Positions 50,653 through 64,000 of a stretch of DNA of 64,000 nucleotides are shown here, in pieces. The stretch is from Callorhinchus milii (taxonomy: Eukaryota), in NCBI RefSeq assembly GCF_018977255.1, contig NW_024704742.1, forward strand, positions 118,236,001 through 118,300,000. Reading direction: 5' to 3'. The notes under the pieces are model-generated. The model saw nothing but the letters and a program-made list of their open reading frames with translations, was not told where the DNA came from and ran no database searches. The translations under genes were made by a program, and so were the position numbers. Numbering within the stretch: the first letter of the stretch is position 1; every line of letters begins with the position of its first letter.

Positions 50653-51700
50653 TACAGCACAGAAGGAGGCCATTCGGCTCAATGTATTTATGTTGCAGTC
50701 AGCTCCCCCACTGCATTATGTTTATGTTACTGCTCGCTCCTCCACTACATTGTGTTTGTTCTGCAGCAATCTTTTCCCCACTGCATCATACTTTTGTTAT
50801 CTTAACTCACTGTACAGGTAAACTCACATAAGTTGTATCAGTCAGGACCATAACATTCAACATGACCTATGTTAAGTATGAGTTACAGGCAAACTTGCAT
50901 AAGTCGTATCATATGACGTATGCAAAGTTATGTACAAGTCAGATTTTATATCATTAATATATAACAAATATAGTAACAAGTACAAGCTTGTACTTGTTAC
51001 ACTTGTTTTGCCTGATGAGTGCTTCAATACATTCGGTAAGTGTGATAGCGGTGTTACAAGTTAGGAGAATATTTGAATAGGATTCAGGATGATTTGGGAC
51101 CAAGAAACTGTTGCGATGTAGCTGTTTATCCAACGTATAAAATATGACTAGTGCAAAAAAAATCTAAGCATTTTTTGGTATGATAATGAATGGGATTCAG
51201 GTGCATGTACGACTTGGGTGATTACACAATTTATAAAGAGATGACTTGTGCAAGGTTTAATGTATTGTGTTTGCATTACCACTAGCTCCTCCACCACATT
51301 GAGCTTGTGGTGGAGCCTATCTCCCCCGCTATCTACGCTAATTCCATCTCTTTCCTTGCACCCTCTGTAACATTAGTTCAAATCCAATTCTTGCAAGTTT
51401 TAATCAAGTTATCTTTCAAATGTTTCTATGGACTCAACTTCAACAGTCGTTTATGGTAAGGCATTCCACATTCTAACAATCAACCCTAATTGTAAAAGAA
51501 AATGTTTCCTTGTTAATTGCTCTTGTTACTGACTCACCAATAAGTGGAAATAGTTTTCCTCTCTTTAGTTGTTCATAATTTTGTAAACCCACACTACATC
51601 CCATAATTTTCGATGCAATGACATAAAATACGTTTTTAAAGCTCAAAGAAGTATAACTCTTCATTCCTGATCTCCTCCTTGTAAATCTGAGACTTACTGC
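50653..51700 (-). mobile_element. Degenerate CR1 3' end interrupted by an unclassified ~0.6-kb segment
   Basis: CR1 tail acagcacagaaggaggccattcggc at ~50654-50678; CR1 body resumes by ~51340 (ggtaaggcattccacattctaac). Confidence 0.55.
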
Positions 51701-51799
51701 TCACAAGCCTTCTATCCTTCCTTTTATCAGCATTTTTCTTACACTAATCACCAGAAAGTTGTGTTAAAGATTCTTTCACTCACTCCCAGTACTTATCTT

Positions 51800-52485
51800 C
51801 AACCTCCCTGAGCTCTCCCTCAGACCAAACCAGTGCGCAATCTGTCTTTCCCCCCCACATCTGGTCCCTGACCAGGATCGCCTTCCTCCAAGTCAGTCAC
51901 ATTGTCCACCTCCAACCATACATTACCCCAAATGCAGCCGAAACCCTCGTGCATGGATTTGTCACCTCCCGCCTGGATTACTCAAACACACTCCTCGCCG
52001 GTCTCCCTAGCTCCACTATTCAAAAATTCCAGCTCATTCAGAACTCTGCTGCCTGCATCTTTACCCGGACCAAACTCCGTACCCACCTCACCAGTTCTGG
52101 CTAGGCTCCGCTGGCTCCCCATCACAGAACGGATCAACTTCAAGATCTTTACACTCGTGTTCAAATCCCTTCACTCTCTGGCACCTCCCTACCTCTCTGA
52201 CCTCCTCACTCCCCAATCCACCAACTGATGCCTCCACTCGACTTGCACCAACTTCCTGCTTGTCCCTCGTACCCTCCGCCCCACCACCGGAGGTTGTGCT
52301 TTCAACCACTATGCCTTGAAACTCTGGAACACTCTCCCTCAATCCTTCTGCTTTGCCCCCTCTCTTCCTTTTCAACCGTGCTTACGATCACCTCCCTCCC
52401 ACCCTAACCCCCTGCTCGTAGTCAGGTTCCACCACTGTTAAGTGCTCTGAGACGCCACCCTGCGTGGAGGGCAAGTTGCTGTTAT
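51800..52485 (+). mobile_element. L2 LINE 3' fragment
   Basis: Frameshifted ORF2: AETLVHGFVTSRLDYSNTLLAG...KFQLIQNSAA..., PVLARLRWLPITERINFKI...LAPPYLSDLL. Confidence 0.88.
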
Positions 52486-52889
52486 TCAATGGTTGCGATT
52501 TGATACAGTGTCCTATATCCAAATGTCTCTAAGTGCTTCAGAATGTGAGTTACTTTCGGATGTAGTGAATATACCATAAAACAGAACTTTATCATCATTT
52601 ATTTTGGTGCAGGAAAACCATCGTGGACCTCAAAGGATCAAAGTGTAAGGTGGAATGCCAACTACAATTCCACAATACAAAGTCTGCTTTTAGCATTGAT
52701 AGCGCAGCACGCTGTCGACAGCCAAATTTTAAGGGCTGCCTGTGATTGATAGACATTTCATCATCAGTTGAAAACCTTTAACACTGTTAAAAACTCCACA
52801 ACAAAAGGGTAAGCTCAGAAACAGTGAAGGTAAACAGAGTAAAGGTTTAGATTTCGTCAGCATCCAGAGAGAGTACTGAATACTGTGTA

Positions 52890-53305
52890 TTTAGAATATA
52901 GCACCTCATCATCTTGTGAAGAAGTTTCAAAGCGCTTTACAAGATTTCACTGTGAAGTGTAACTGTGTATTTGTAGGCAAACACAGTAGTCGAATTGCGT
53001 ACAGCAATGTCCCACGAACAGCTAGTGAATTGAGTGACCAACTTTATTTGAGGGATATTGGGCCCAGAAACCAGGATACTTTCCCTTCTCCTTTCAAATA
53101 GTGCCACGGGATTTTTAACATCCACCAGGACAGGCCGTCGGGGCCTCAGTTTAACATCTCGTCCGAAAAACAGTACCTCCAACAATACAGCACATTTCCA
53201 GCGTCAGCTTAAACTGTGAGTTCAAAATACTGATGTGGAGCTTGAACCCACACAGCCTTTTGACTCAGAGATGAGAGTGCTATCAACTGAGCCAGGCTGT
53301 CACAC
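52890..53305 (-). mobile_element. Deu-domain SINE, near full length
   Basis: gtgacagcctggctcagttgatagcactctc head; gttggaggtactgtttttcggacgagatgttaaactgagg core. Confidence 0.8.
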
Positions 53306-56019
53306 AGGTATTCAGTAACAAAACAGATTGAGGAGCATGATAGGTGGAGCAGTGTAGGTTTTTTTTAACTTTGAGACTCAAATGGTGGACCACAATATTT
53401 TTTTCCCAGTCAATACATAGTATGGGACACGACATGTCAAGCGACTGTCAGGATGGTTGAACTTGATCTTCTTTCACCTTGCAAATTCTAATGGTGTTAT
53501 GTTCGTTTTCCTAGATTCCTAAATTTCTTCTCAAAATATTAGCTCTTCCTACCACTTGATGCCTTAAAAGTTAACACAGGGGCAGTGAAAATCAAGATGC
53601 CTCCAGCATCCATGGCATCCCACTTCCCTACTAACCCCCCCCCCAGCTGCTAGGCATGAAACAAGACATAGTGCCCAGACAGTGCATTGAATGAGCTGGA
53701 CTGCACACAGATTGTAAACCCTCCCAATTTATGTATCGGAGCAGCTGAAGACTGACAAAAGAGCAGAGCCTCTGCCTCTCAAGACATAAAACATAGTGAG
53801 CAGCCTATAATGTGGAATGAGCTTGCGTGTTTAAACAGCCTTTTTTTTCAGGAGAAATATTTATTCACAGCATCTAGTGCAGCAATTATTCAACATCCTC
53901 TGTAGGTAGTTGCCAACAAGCAATGAGCACAGCTGGCCTTTTATTCAAATCCCTGTTCAGCTTCTACAATAAAGAAAGCACAAGATGGTGAAGGAGCAGA
54001 TTATCTATGGTGTTCAGAGGCAGCTGTATCTGTAAGTATCGTGCTATCAGGATACCAAAGCTGAATTGCTTGCCAGCTGCCACAATCTTATCTGGCCTGA
54101 TCTTAGGTCCATCAACCTGCCTTCAGCCAACAACCAACAAAACACACAAACAATCTCTGCCTATCAGGTTACCTCTTTATAATAATCCACTCATCTGAAA
54201 ATTTCTTTCTAACATCTGTTAATCAGATTAACGCTAAGCTTTCAGTAACAATTAAACTTAATGTTTAGTTGCTGCGGGAAAACTGAAGATCAATTCAATT
54301 CTCTTACCCATCGCTGGTTAGTTTGGTGAACAGGGGGTCTGGGATTGCTCTCTCCCAGCTGATCCAGCCTTGAATCCAATGAGCAATGGCATGAACAAGT
54401 GCTAAATGAGAATTAATTGTTGTTTTTGTGCCAATAAGTGCTGGGAATTTGTGTGAGTGTGCACTGGAGCAGCTGCTCGAAATGGGGCAGTAAGCTTGGT
54501 ACAGTACAGCACTAACGTAGCCCTAAGTCTTTCCACCCAACAAAGAACACCAATAGATAGTGTGTGTATGATAATAATCATACTTTTGTTTCATATAGCG
54601 AGTCATTGACATGTCTCAAAGCACTTCACAGAATGTACTGCAAAGTGAATTGATTGTATTTTGTGATTTTCCACACCTGCTTTCCTTCTCGTGGTCAAAT
54701 AGCCGGCTGTATAGTTATAAAGACATTGTGAAAAGATCAGTATTTTAGCCAGTTAGACACTAACCACACCCTCTGAGCTCAAACATCAAAGATCACAAGA
54801 CAGGATCAGATTGAAGAAAGCCCTTCGGCAAAATTGCTACTCATCCATCCAAGAAGACCCACCGTACTGTCTTCCCATTATAGCTGTTCTTAAATGAGTC
54901 TTATGCATTGGCCTCAACTCCCCTTCTTGGTAACCTGTTCCAGTTGTTAATTGACTGTGTAAAATGAAGACTAGCAGGAGGTGACTGAGCCTGTGAACAG
55001 GAGGGGAGACATTTAAAAACGTGCTTTAGAAACTCACAGGTTGAAAAATGAGTCCTGGAGAAGAATCTCTCTGCTCGCTCTTCATCCAACTTTTTGCCAC
55101 AGTGTTTCATTAGCTCTCTCTTCAGACTCCCTCAATGGACTCACTGGAAATAAAAATCACATATAATGAGCATTATATGATCAGAGACATCTGTGTTTGT
55201 TTATTATTGTACTATAGTTTGGGCTTTTTAAAAAGTGTAATTCCTGACAGCTGTGAACACTACTTCTGCAGTTATTCTCCAACACATAAATCATTGGAGT
55301 GTACATCCCTCAATAACCCTCCATCTTTCAGATGCTATGTTAAAAAGTAATACAATAATTCTTTTATTTCATGCTTACACAGAAGTTCTCTCACTGATTT
55401 CTATATGTTCACGCAAGTGGGAACTTATTATTAATGATAATAATCCTTGCATCTTGTGTAGCACCTGAAACCTCAAAACGCCTCAAAGGACTTTACAGGG
55501 AACTGCTGTCAAGTATAGCGTGTGCATTTGTTGACAAAAAACCTCAGTCAGTTTGAGCACAACTATATCCCACAAACAGTCATTATGTGAGTGACCAATT
55601 TATCTGGAGGATTGTTGGCCAGGAAACCAGTAGAAACTTCCTTCTCTTTTTTTCTCTTTTTGAATCGTGTCAAGGGACCTTATACCATAAACATGAACGG
55701 ATAGTTACCTTTAGATTGTCAGCGTGGTTTTGGTCACAAACCTGCCTGCACTTCTGTAAAGTGACTGGTTGTCGTTCTATTAGCTGGGGTGGTGTTTCAT
55801 CTGGCTCGGAGCCTTTTTACTTCTGGTTGAGAATTGGGATTAGAATTCAGGTACAGGGAGAATGCATTGAGATCTCATGCTTCCGGTTACTGTTACATGA
55901 CTGAAATTTCTTATTAAGAAATCCCATTAAGAAATACTACATATTAGATCCCCTGTATTTGAAGTTAGTTTTTTTTTGATAAAGTCAGACCATTCTGCTT
56001 TATGATGAATGCTTGACCA

Positions 56020-56345
56020 TGACATCTTGCCAAACAGTAGGGGAGCTACAATTGATCTCAGTGTCCCTGAGATAGGGAGACTGAAAATCAGCCAGGTTTC
56101 CTGCTGCTCTTTGCTGCCATGATTCCTCCCAGAAATTGTGTCTGTAGGCGTTTGGTGAGGACAGGATCAGAATTGGCTGTGGTGGCCTCTAACGTCATAT
56201 AGTCTTCTGTCACTCACTGTGCAGACTCACACGAGAATGCTCATCACTTGGGTGAAGTACTGGCTACTGACATTCTTCCTGTGGAAGGTTGGCTCAGCAT
56301 CAGTGTCGTCAGAAGAGGTGAACGGAAAGTAACAGAGAGAGGAAA
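56020..56345 (+). mobile_element. Unclassified SINE-like repeat, family B
   Basis: aaaatcagccaggtttcc...ggtgaggacaggatcag...cacttgggtgaagtactgg; shared with 16040-16300. Confidence 0.6.
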
Positions 56346-56609
56346 ATGCAGACAGTCATGTCTGCTTCTTTCCCTGCTGCCTGAGTAATTGGACTGTGCA
56401 TCTCTGCGCTGTCTTCATACACCTGGATTAAAGCACTGACTCTTTTCTATTAAAGCCTCAGAATTAGATCCCAATTCCCAACACTGTTCTCCAGTGCTTC
56501 CTGATTGGCGACACAATTAAGTTAGGAGGCAGATTTCTGGGCTTAACATTTATGAGAGTTCAGAAGACTAATTCCCTTTTAAAATGTGGGTAAGGATTGC
56601 ACAGGTGAT

Positions 56610-56900
56610 CATTGCCCCTGACTACCTGTGCAATCTCCTCCAGCTCTATCTCCTCTCAATGCCTCCACTCTTCTGATTCTGTTCTTCCTCTATCCTTCTG
56701 TACAACCATTGATAGTCAAGCCTTCAGACACTACTTCCCTGCTTTCCCCAACTCTCTCCCAAAACCCCTTTGCCCTACTCCTTTCCCAGGCTCCAAAGCA
56801 TCCTTAAAAACATATCTCTTTGAACATGCATTTGGTCAACACCTTTAAGTTATTGTTCCTCTTGTTGCTTTGTGCTCCCTATTGACTCTTGGGAAGCATT
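56610..56900 (+). mobile_element. Highly degenerate L2 3' fragment
   Basis: gcccctgactacctgtgcaatctcctcc...gccttcag...aactctctccc...ttaaaaacatatctctttga. Confidence 0.6.
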
Positions 56901-59900
56901 TTGAAATTTTCATGCCGTGTTCCCAAGGCTCTTGCCAATAGCACTCTTGTACACCGGGAGGCACCTGAAGGTTGATTGAAGGGGACTCAGCAATCAGCTC
57001 TGCTGAAGACCCTGAAATCAGGGAGTTCAATGGAAGGAAACCCAGAGACATATAGCTGCTGGTGAGAGCTGAGCAAGGACCTGCATTACCAGTTATTCTC
57101 CTGTATTAGTTTTATGGATGTATCAATATAATGGTTGCAGCATTGGTATAAGTGTAACACCAGCACTTTATTCTTTGAGCGATATAATGATTTTCTTCCT
57201 CCAGGAAGCTGATTGATAACTATAATAAAGATTTTAAAAAAGGGCTTTGAGCTGCAGCTAGTCACCACTGAAAGAGAAAATATATCGCACTGGGAACAGT
57301 CAGATAAAGCCAACTATAGTATTAGAGAAGCAAATACTTGTATTGGAGTCACTCAGTTATAATTCTGATTTATGTTACCAGTGAGAGGCAGCCTGGAAGC
57401 AGACCGTTGGAAGAAAGCTGACTCCTTCCCCAATGTAACGTTCTGACCTTTTGATCCAGCAGTTTATTAAAGGGGAGGATTGGGATAATTCTCCTTTAAC
57501 ACTCAGCATCCCATGATACACTGCTCTTTAAAAGTGCCTATATGTAACGAACAAAGTGTTGAGCTAACTGGCGGTTGGGTACAGGGATCTCATTGTGTAG
57601 AGCTCCATGACAATTCAATCACGCCTGCCTGTGGTACTGTGATTCGTGAAACTTTTGTGTTTGCGATAGAGTGCCATACGTGCACTGTAGTATTTTCATA
57701 ACGTCTTATATTTATTCTAGGAACCTCAGTGATGACTGACATAATAACCCAGGCCGGCGAGTTTGATTGTCAAGTCGTCTTTCCAGACTCAAAGTCCTGA
57801 CCTCACAGCGTACAAGGCCACCCTGACGGTAAATTTCAAAAAAAACAAATAAAGTTAATTTTCCTGGAAAGAAAACTAGGCAAATCTGCTTAAAGTTTTT
57901 TTTGGCTAAATAAACTGACTGACCAACTTATTGTGGCCATTACCTAAAATACAGGGAGTTCGGAAGCAGCCCGGCCTGCATCTACTAGACTGAAGTTTCA
58001 ATCAGTACTCATTGATTTATATTTTGTAATTACATTGGCATTTTCTCCTGAATGTTCATTGTTGGGCAGCTAAATACGATACCGTCAGAAACTAACTGGG
58101 GAGCACAATCCACCAAGTGTCACCCTAAATGATCATCATATTAACAGGCAGGAAGTATATGATTACCAGCAGCCCTGAGATCACCACTGGCCTCGGAATA
58201 ACATGCTACATAAGCACTTCTTGTCATAAAACAGAATCCAAACCCTTTTATATTCCAGTTAAAACCACACCGTATCCATCCACACTTCCAAGAGAGGCTT
58301 CTGAGAGGTTATGGTTGCAATTACAGTGAGCTATGGAGCCTTCAAGGGCTATGATAAAATGTCCTGGTTCCCTCACAAGGATACGCTTGCCTTTCATTAC
58401 AACTGCACTGAGCTCTCATTTAACTCTTCCTGGTAGGAATCTATAAATAGGAGTTTTTTCCTGCCAAGTTTTGCCCTTCTCTCCTCTCATTGAAGCATTT
58501 CACTGCTTTTTCCTTCTGTTGGATGCGTTTCCAGGGTGCTGTTCTGGTAACTCAACCATGCACCAGTATTTATGAGTGATCCTTGACAGTGAGTGTTAGG
58601 GACTGTTAGGGTTGTCACAACCAATGCTGTCCTCACCCAACATTCACTTCCTGCAGAAGATCTCCGAATAACAATCAGGAGCAGGAACCTCAGCCACTTT
58701 GCCCCATTCCGGGGACTCACTGTCCTGGTAGAGATCTGCTACGAACACCGCAATTCCCTAGAAGCAGATTTCAATGTTTAAAGAAAATTCCTCCGGGATG
58801 ATTGAATTGCTCACTTTCTACTTTGAATGACGTGCACTGCACATCGATGACTGTCAATTTTTTTTTATTTTCAGAGACGTTCATGTGACAAACAGCAGCA
58901 CAATTGAGTTGTGCTTCCCACAAGCTGTCATGTGAGGTGACTCTACCCTTCAGGCATTAAAATCTGACTATAATTACTGGCAAATGTAGAGGTCACGTTG
59001 GGAAAATAATTTCACTTTATTTTAAAAACTGCATCTTTGTAGCTGTCTTTTCTGATTACCGTTTGTCTCTGTTGCAGCTACTGATCATTCGTCCAGTGGG
59101 AAAGCACTCCAAGCTATCAACATTTCCACAGCAGCTGTCAGCTGTAAGAACAGGATGAAGCCACTCAGCAATATCGAGCCAACAATTTTGATCACGGAGA
59201 ATCTTCTAACAACATTTTCCTGCCTTTTCTTCATATCCCTTAATACCTTTACTCCCTATGTAAGCACCGTGATACTAGGTGAAAAGACAAGGGAGTTTCT
59301 CCAGGTGTGTTGGCCAACATTCCTCCAGATAAAATTAGTCATTCATCGCATGCCTGTTTATAGGATATTACTGTACACAAACTAGTTGCTATGTGCGCCT
59401 AGAAATGAACAGTCACTACACGTAACACTAATTCAAACCTTTCTACGGTACAGGCACTACATCCAATATAAAGATTAATCTTCTTAAATTCTTCCTAAGG
59501 TAGGGCACCCAAAATTGAAACCAATATTCCAAATAAGGTCTGATCCTCCCTCTATATATTATTTCCATCACCAATTTCTCCTTATATTGCAGATTCATTT
59601 CTGAACGGAGATACATACATTCTCAGACTTTAACTAGTTGTGTAGTTGGGGATTTGTAACATTGCTTGCATAACACATGTACAAATAGAAACCATTTTTC
59701 TAACTGAAAACACAAATAATAATCTTGGCAGCTTCAAACTGAAAGTGTGTTTAGTTTGTTGGGTTGGCAGGCGAGGGCTAAAATGATTTACATTAACATT
59801 GCTTGAACTAATTCGCTGGACTCTTTCTGGCCAATCCTTTGTGAGGTGACAAAAATAGGTGGAAACAACACAGAGGCTGAGACGGTGATTACATCACTTG

Positions 59901-60198
59901 TGTCAGGTTTTGTGCTGAAGCTCCGCAGCTGAAGCTGTATATGTGGCAGTCAGCACATCTAAAGGAGACATGAACAAGGAGCATTTACATGTGGGGGCAG
60001 GGCATAAAGAGTGCGATTGAGATCAAAAACATGTTGTTTTGGGATAAAATCCAAATGCAAGCTGGATATCAACAGGTGTGATTTACACTCTGTGAATAAA
60101 AGGACGGAAGTGGGAGGTGTAATGGTTGCTCTCTGACTCACTGTGGCTAACCTTTCCCTCAAAGAAGCAACTTTCAGCTTCTACGCAAGGGGACGTTC

Positions 60199-60914
60199 TG
60201 AGGGATGGTGTTCTTCAGGAATTTCTCAACATAGAATAGATGGATTGGTACGCTCCAACTGTGTGGAACGTTTTGAGGCAGTTCTGCCAGAGCCACCCTT
60301 CTCAGCACCGGGTACAGGTAGAAACCCAGCACATAGCAACATTTGTTGCTGGCGTAGCGGGGCTCCAGTCACAGCCTCAGGCAGCTACACCTGAAGGTGG
60401 CCATGAGGACCCCTTTCCCCCCCTTTCCGGGGTTTTGTACGTCGTGTCTCGGCGGACACGAATCATCTTGGGACCCCCAGATCAGTTGGAAAACCTCTCT
60501 GATGACTGCAGTGGTGTTGTTCCTGGTCAAAGGCCAGACGTGGGCCACGTATTGTAACACCGAGAGGGCTTCACACTTTATCACCAGATTTTTCCTGGTG
60601 ATTGGGTAAACATGTGCGAGTGCGGTGCACATCGGGGCGCATTCTGAAAGCGGCAAGTGCGCCTTATCAGGGTGTGTGCAGGCACACACATGGATGTGGT
60701 GCACACAGGGGCGACTCCCGATTGTTTTAAAGGGAGCATCCAAAAAACGTGCGCGCAGCCTGTGTGCGGGGAAGGAATGTACTGTAAACAACGGAATGTT
60801 TTTTCGCATCGGGAGGAAGAGAAAAATTGTAACAGACGATGTCGTGTTTGTTTTGGATTTGTGTTGTACCAAATATTACATTTATGAATAAATAAATACT
60901 TTCCAAAAAAAAAA
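60199..60914. mobile_element. L1/Tx1-clade retrotransposon insertion with inverted 5' part
   Basis: ~60199-60609 reads on the minus strand as decayed post-RT ORF2 (KNLVIKCEALSVLQYVAHVWP...FQLIWGS/KMIRVRRDTTYK...GG...LMATF...VEKFLK). ~60610-60914 on plus ends in AATAAA and A10. TSD at 60185-60198 and 60915-60928. Confidence 0.78.
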
Positions 60915-62391
60915 GCAATGGGACGTTCCAAACTCAAACAGCAGGTAATGGGGCAGCGCCTTGGCTTTGTGCACAAAGACCTTCATCAAGCAGCAGCTTG
61001 TTTCAACACAGAGTCCTAGGCTGAAAGCTTGCTCACATCTCTCGATTGTGGATCAAAGCCATCCCCGGGAGGTTCAGCAGTGACTGTACATTGCCCACAC
61101 CTGCTCATCTTCCTCTACGGAAGAAAGTGCGGAGGCAACTGTATCAAATCCAAAGGTGGGAAAAGAATAAAACAATAGGAATAAACAAAAGTGATCTCAG
61201 TTAAACATGTGGGAGGGTTGAGGCAGCTGAAAGATGAAGCTGAGCACTGTACTAGACCTGTGGGACTCCTTCAATGTCTCAAGTGGATGTATGCACCACC
61301 TGATGTAGTGTTAAGCTAGAGAGCCCTAGAAAATCTCAGGTATGATCTCTGAACAGTGCTAAGATAGCCTTAGGTAGGATGTTATGGAGAGAGTACAATA
61401 CATTATATCTTAGCATCCTGAGGCTAGGTTGACTGTCTAGTGCCTTGGGATGTCTTCCTGACGTGACAGGCACTATACAAATGTAATTTGTTGCTGTTGT
61501 TGTTAGGGGGCACAGTACCAGCAACATGTGTGTTATGCATTCTTAGGATACTGCTGTTTCTCCAACAACAGTCATTTCTCGTGTCATATAATGTTACTTT
61601 GGAGAATTGGAGAGATAGCTGTATTCTTTTATTGCTCCGCCTAAGTTTGACACAGAAATTTCTCAGCCTAAATTCTTCAGAGGAATGCTGACTTAATGGA
61701 ATATCCTTCACTGAGTAACCACAGTGACAGAAGGAAACACTCAAAGATTGATCACTGTATAACATAGAATACATGCATGTCTTAGTCCCTTACACGCACA
61801 CCAACATAAGACAATGTGCTGATAAAACAATAGAAACAGTTGCTGATATGCAATATGAACTGGCAATGATTCCACAATCCAGGCGCTCATGACAATACAC
61901 AATCTTACAGCACACGGCTTCTTTAAGAATCGTACAAACGAAGCTCAGTCTCCCCTAAACAGCAGGGGAGTTCCATTCTGTATCCTACTGCGTTTCAAGG
62001 TTGGAAATCATAAATCATACGATATATGTGTGAGGTACTAGCCTCTCAGAGAAGCTGTGTGAGTTGGAAAAGCTTGTTTCACTGATGACCTTTGGCTGAC
62101 GTTCAGTAAAGATTGTCACAGCATTATCTCTCTCTCACCTATATTAGATTTCAGTACTTTCAATAAAACAGTTCTCAGTAAGTCCTCCTCTGTATTGTAA
62201 GAACTAGGACAAGTCACTGTACTAGATTTTGATGATTTACTGTACTCCAAATTTTCACTCAACAATGAGTGGATTTTGTAACTAAGGATTTTGTAATTTT
62301 GCTCAGTACATCAATGTAACAAATCCATTAATGTTAGCTAAGTGCTGCTCTGCTCTGTTAGTAAGTTTCACTGACCTATCTCTTTGCACTT

Positions 62392-62724
62392 TAATAATAA
62401 TAATCCTTGCATTTGATATAGCGCCTTATCATGTCTTCAAGCTGTCTCAAAGCGCTTCACAGAATGTACTGTAAAGTGAATTGCCTATATATTTTGTGGG
62501 CGAAACGCGGCAGGCAATTGCACACAGCACGGACCAAAAACAGCCGTGGATTGAGTGACCACATTTTTTTTGAAGGGATTATTAACCCCGGGAAAATGAT
62601 CCGCCAATTGACTAACAAATAGGTTCTTACTTACTGCTGGGTAAACAGCGTGTGGAGTAGGGAGACTTGCCTAAAGTTTTGCCCGGCCCAGGAATCAAAC
62701 CCACGTCCTCTCACTTGTGAGGCG
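62392..62724 (-). mobile_element. tRNA-Ala-like SINE, long subtype
   Basis: Tail, body and most of the head match the other copies. Confidence 0.85.
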
Positions 62725-63474
62725 AAGAATTAAGAAGATTAAAGAGAGAGCAATCGCCCACACACATACCCCTACCCACCCATCCACACTCTCTGAAATC
62801 GACCATCGGTTACTTTTTAAACTGCGCAAATCTTTCTGTTAAATTTTTGCATCCATTATAAAAACAGTTCTCAAAAGTTGAAATTACTCCTGTTCAATTC
62901 TAAATGTAGAATTTAATTTAACGTTTATTAATGTTATGTCACGTTTTGCTGTTCAGAAGGCACTCTAAATGTACAGGTTATTTCTGAAGATAAAACTGCA
63001 CTGGAATAGTTAACAAGTGAGTGCTCCAGGACATGTTGGTGGCAACTTACTGAGTGGATGCACAATAGTGCTTAGTCCAGAACAAGGAATTCACTTTGTG
63101 GAGTGTCTGGAGCAGAATAACCCTCTGGAAAACAAAACTGGCCATTTTTAGGTCCAAAGCTTCTTTCGTAACAAAACAAAACTTTTTTCTTCAGAAAATG
63201 GGATTAAAAAAAAGACTTAAACAACACATGTGCTAGAAAGAGCGAATTGGGTGAGTTTGGCTGCTAGATCTCAGGTCAGAGCTAAAGTCTCGTAAATCCC
63301 TGTCATGTATAAGGAATTCCCTGCAGAAGGTAATTTATTGTGCGGATGCTTTATCCAGTGGTGATAACGCCGTTCATGCACTTTTTCAAATAGCTCTCAA
63401 TCCAAGCTTCCTTTACGGCCCTTTCCTGGCCACCCACTTTCTGTGCACTGCAAGGTCCTGCGCTCTGCCTGTTG

Positions 63475-63690
63475 TCATAGAATTATATAGAATTACATAG
63501 AACATTGCAGCACGGAAACATGCCTTTCAGCCCAACTAGTCTGTGCCAGTGTTTGTACTCCACCCCTCCCAATCCCCTCTCCAAGGCCTCTCTTTTCCTT
63601 TCTCCCTCATGCATGCAAGAAGTTTCCTCTTAAACAATTCAATGCTTTTTCCTTCAACCAAATCTTTAGGCAGTGAATTCCACAAACTGT
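63475..63690 (-). mobile_element. CR1 3' tail fragment
   Basis: (catagaa)-type repeats, gcctttcagccc and ggcagtgaattccaca on the plus strand. Confidence 0.7.
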
Positions 63691-64000
63691 CCTGTCAATT
63701 GTTAGAAATAACTAATTGGCCTCTTGGACATAGGGAGGGAAATATAAATGGAGTAAGAGCGGTAAGTGCAACGCTTTCCTACTGAGAACATCTTGTGTGT
63801 TACTGCCCTATAAGTGCCCCTCTAGTCATGTGTTCACTATACTGCGCCCAGGTTAATTCACCAGCTCTCTCTGTAACCCGGACACCAACTGTCCTGTAAA
63901 ACCATGCATTTTCCGTTCCATAATGCTCAATGTGATTTCCAGTTGCTAAACGGCATTAAGAGTGACAATCGAACACACGTATCCTCAGTGGAAGCAAATC

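Noticed and set aside
51010..51030. CTGATGAG hammerhead-like core
   Set aside because: No helix II followed by GAAA at a suitable distance.
61101..61138. Possible 38-nt upstream non-coding lhfpl2 exon (minus strand)
   Set aside because: Acceptor-like and donor-like sequences are present, but the donor (GTGTGG) is weak and nothing else supports it.

Overview
Vertebrate nuclear DNA, most likely a cartilaginous fish (inferred from the repeat families, not verified). The only supportable protein-coding gene is lhfpl2 on the minus strand. It has two coding exons (27171-27600 and 8683-8939) joined by an 18.2-kb phase-1 GT-AG intron, giving 228 aa, with a probable repeat-free ~2.4-kb 3' UTR down to ~6320. 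The rest is intronic or flanking DNA densely filled with retroposons: 5'-truncated CR1 and L2 LINEs, a tRNA-Ala-headed SINE in long and short subtypes, Deu-domain SINEs, two unclassified old repeat families, hAT-like and other MITEs, a Penelope-like fragment and one L1/Tx1 insertion. Most other ORFs in the track are chance or repeat-derived. The best second-look items are: (1) an L1/Tx1 insertion with a 5' inversion, poly(A) tail and 14-bp TSD (twin-priming architecture); (2) five clustered miR-183/miR-96 seed matches in the distal lhfpl2 3' UTR; (3) inverted SINEs bracketing the ATG-containing exon (candidate circRNA with an open back-splice frame); (4) a degenerate hammerhead core in the Penelope-like insert; (5) a palindrome-rich unclassified insert inside a CR1. 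I see no evidence of a prokaryotic-type system. Repeat boundaries were judged by eye and are approximate.
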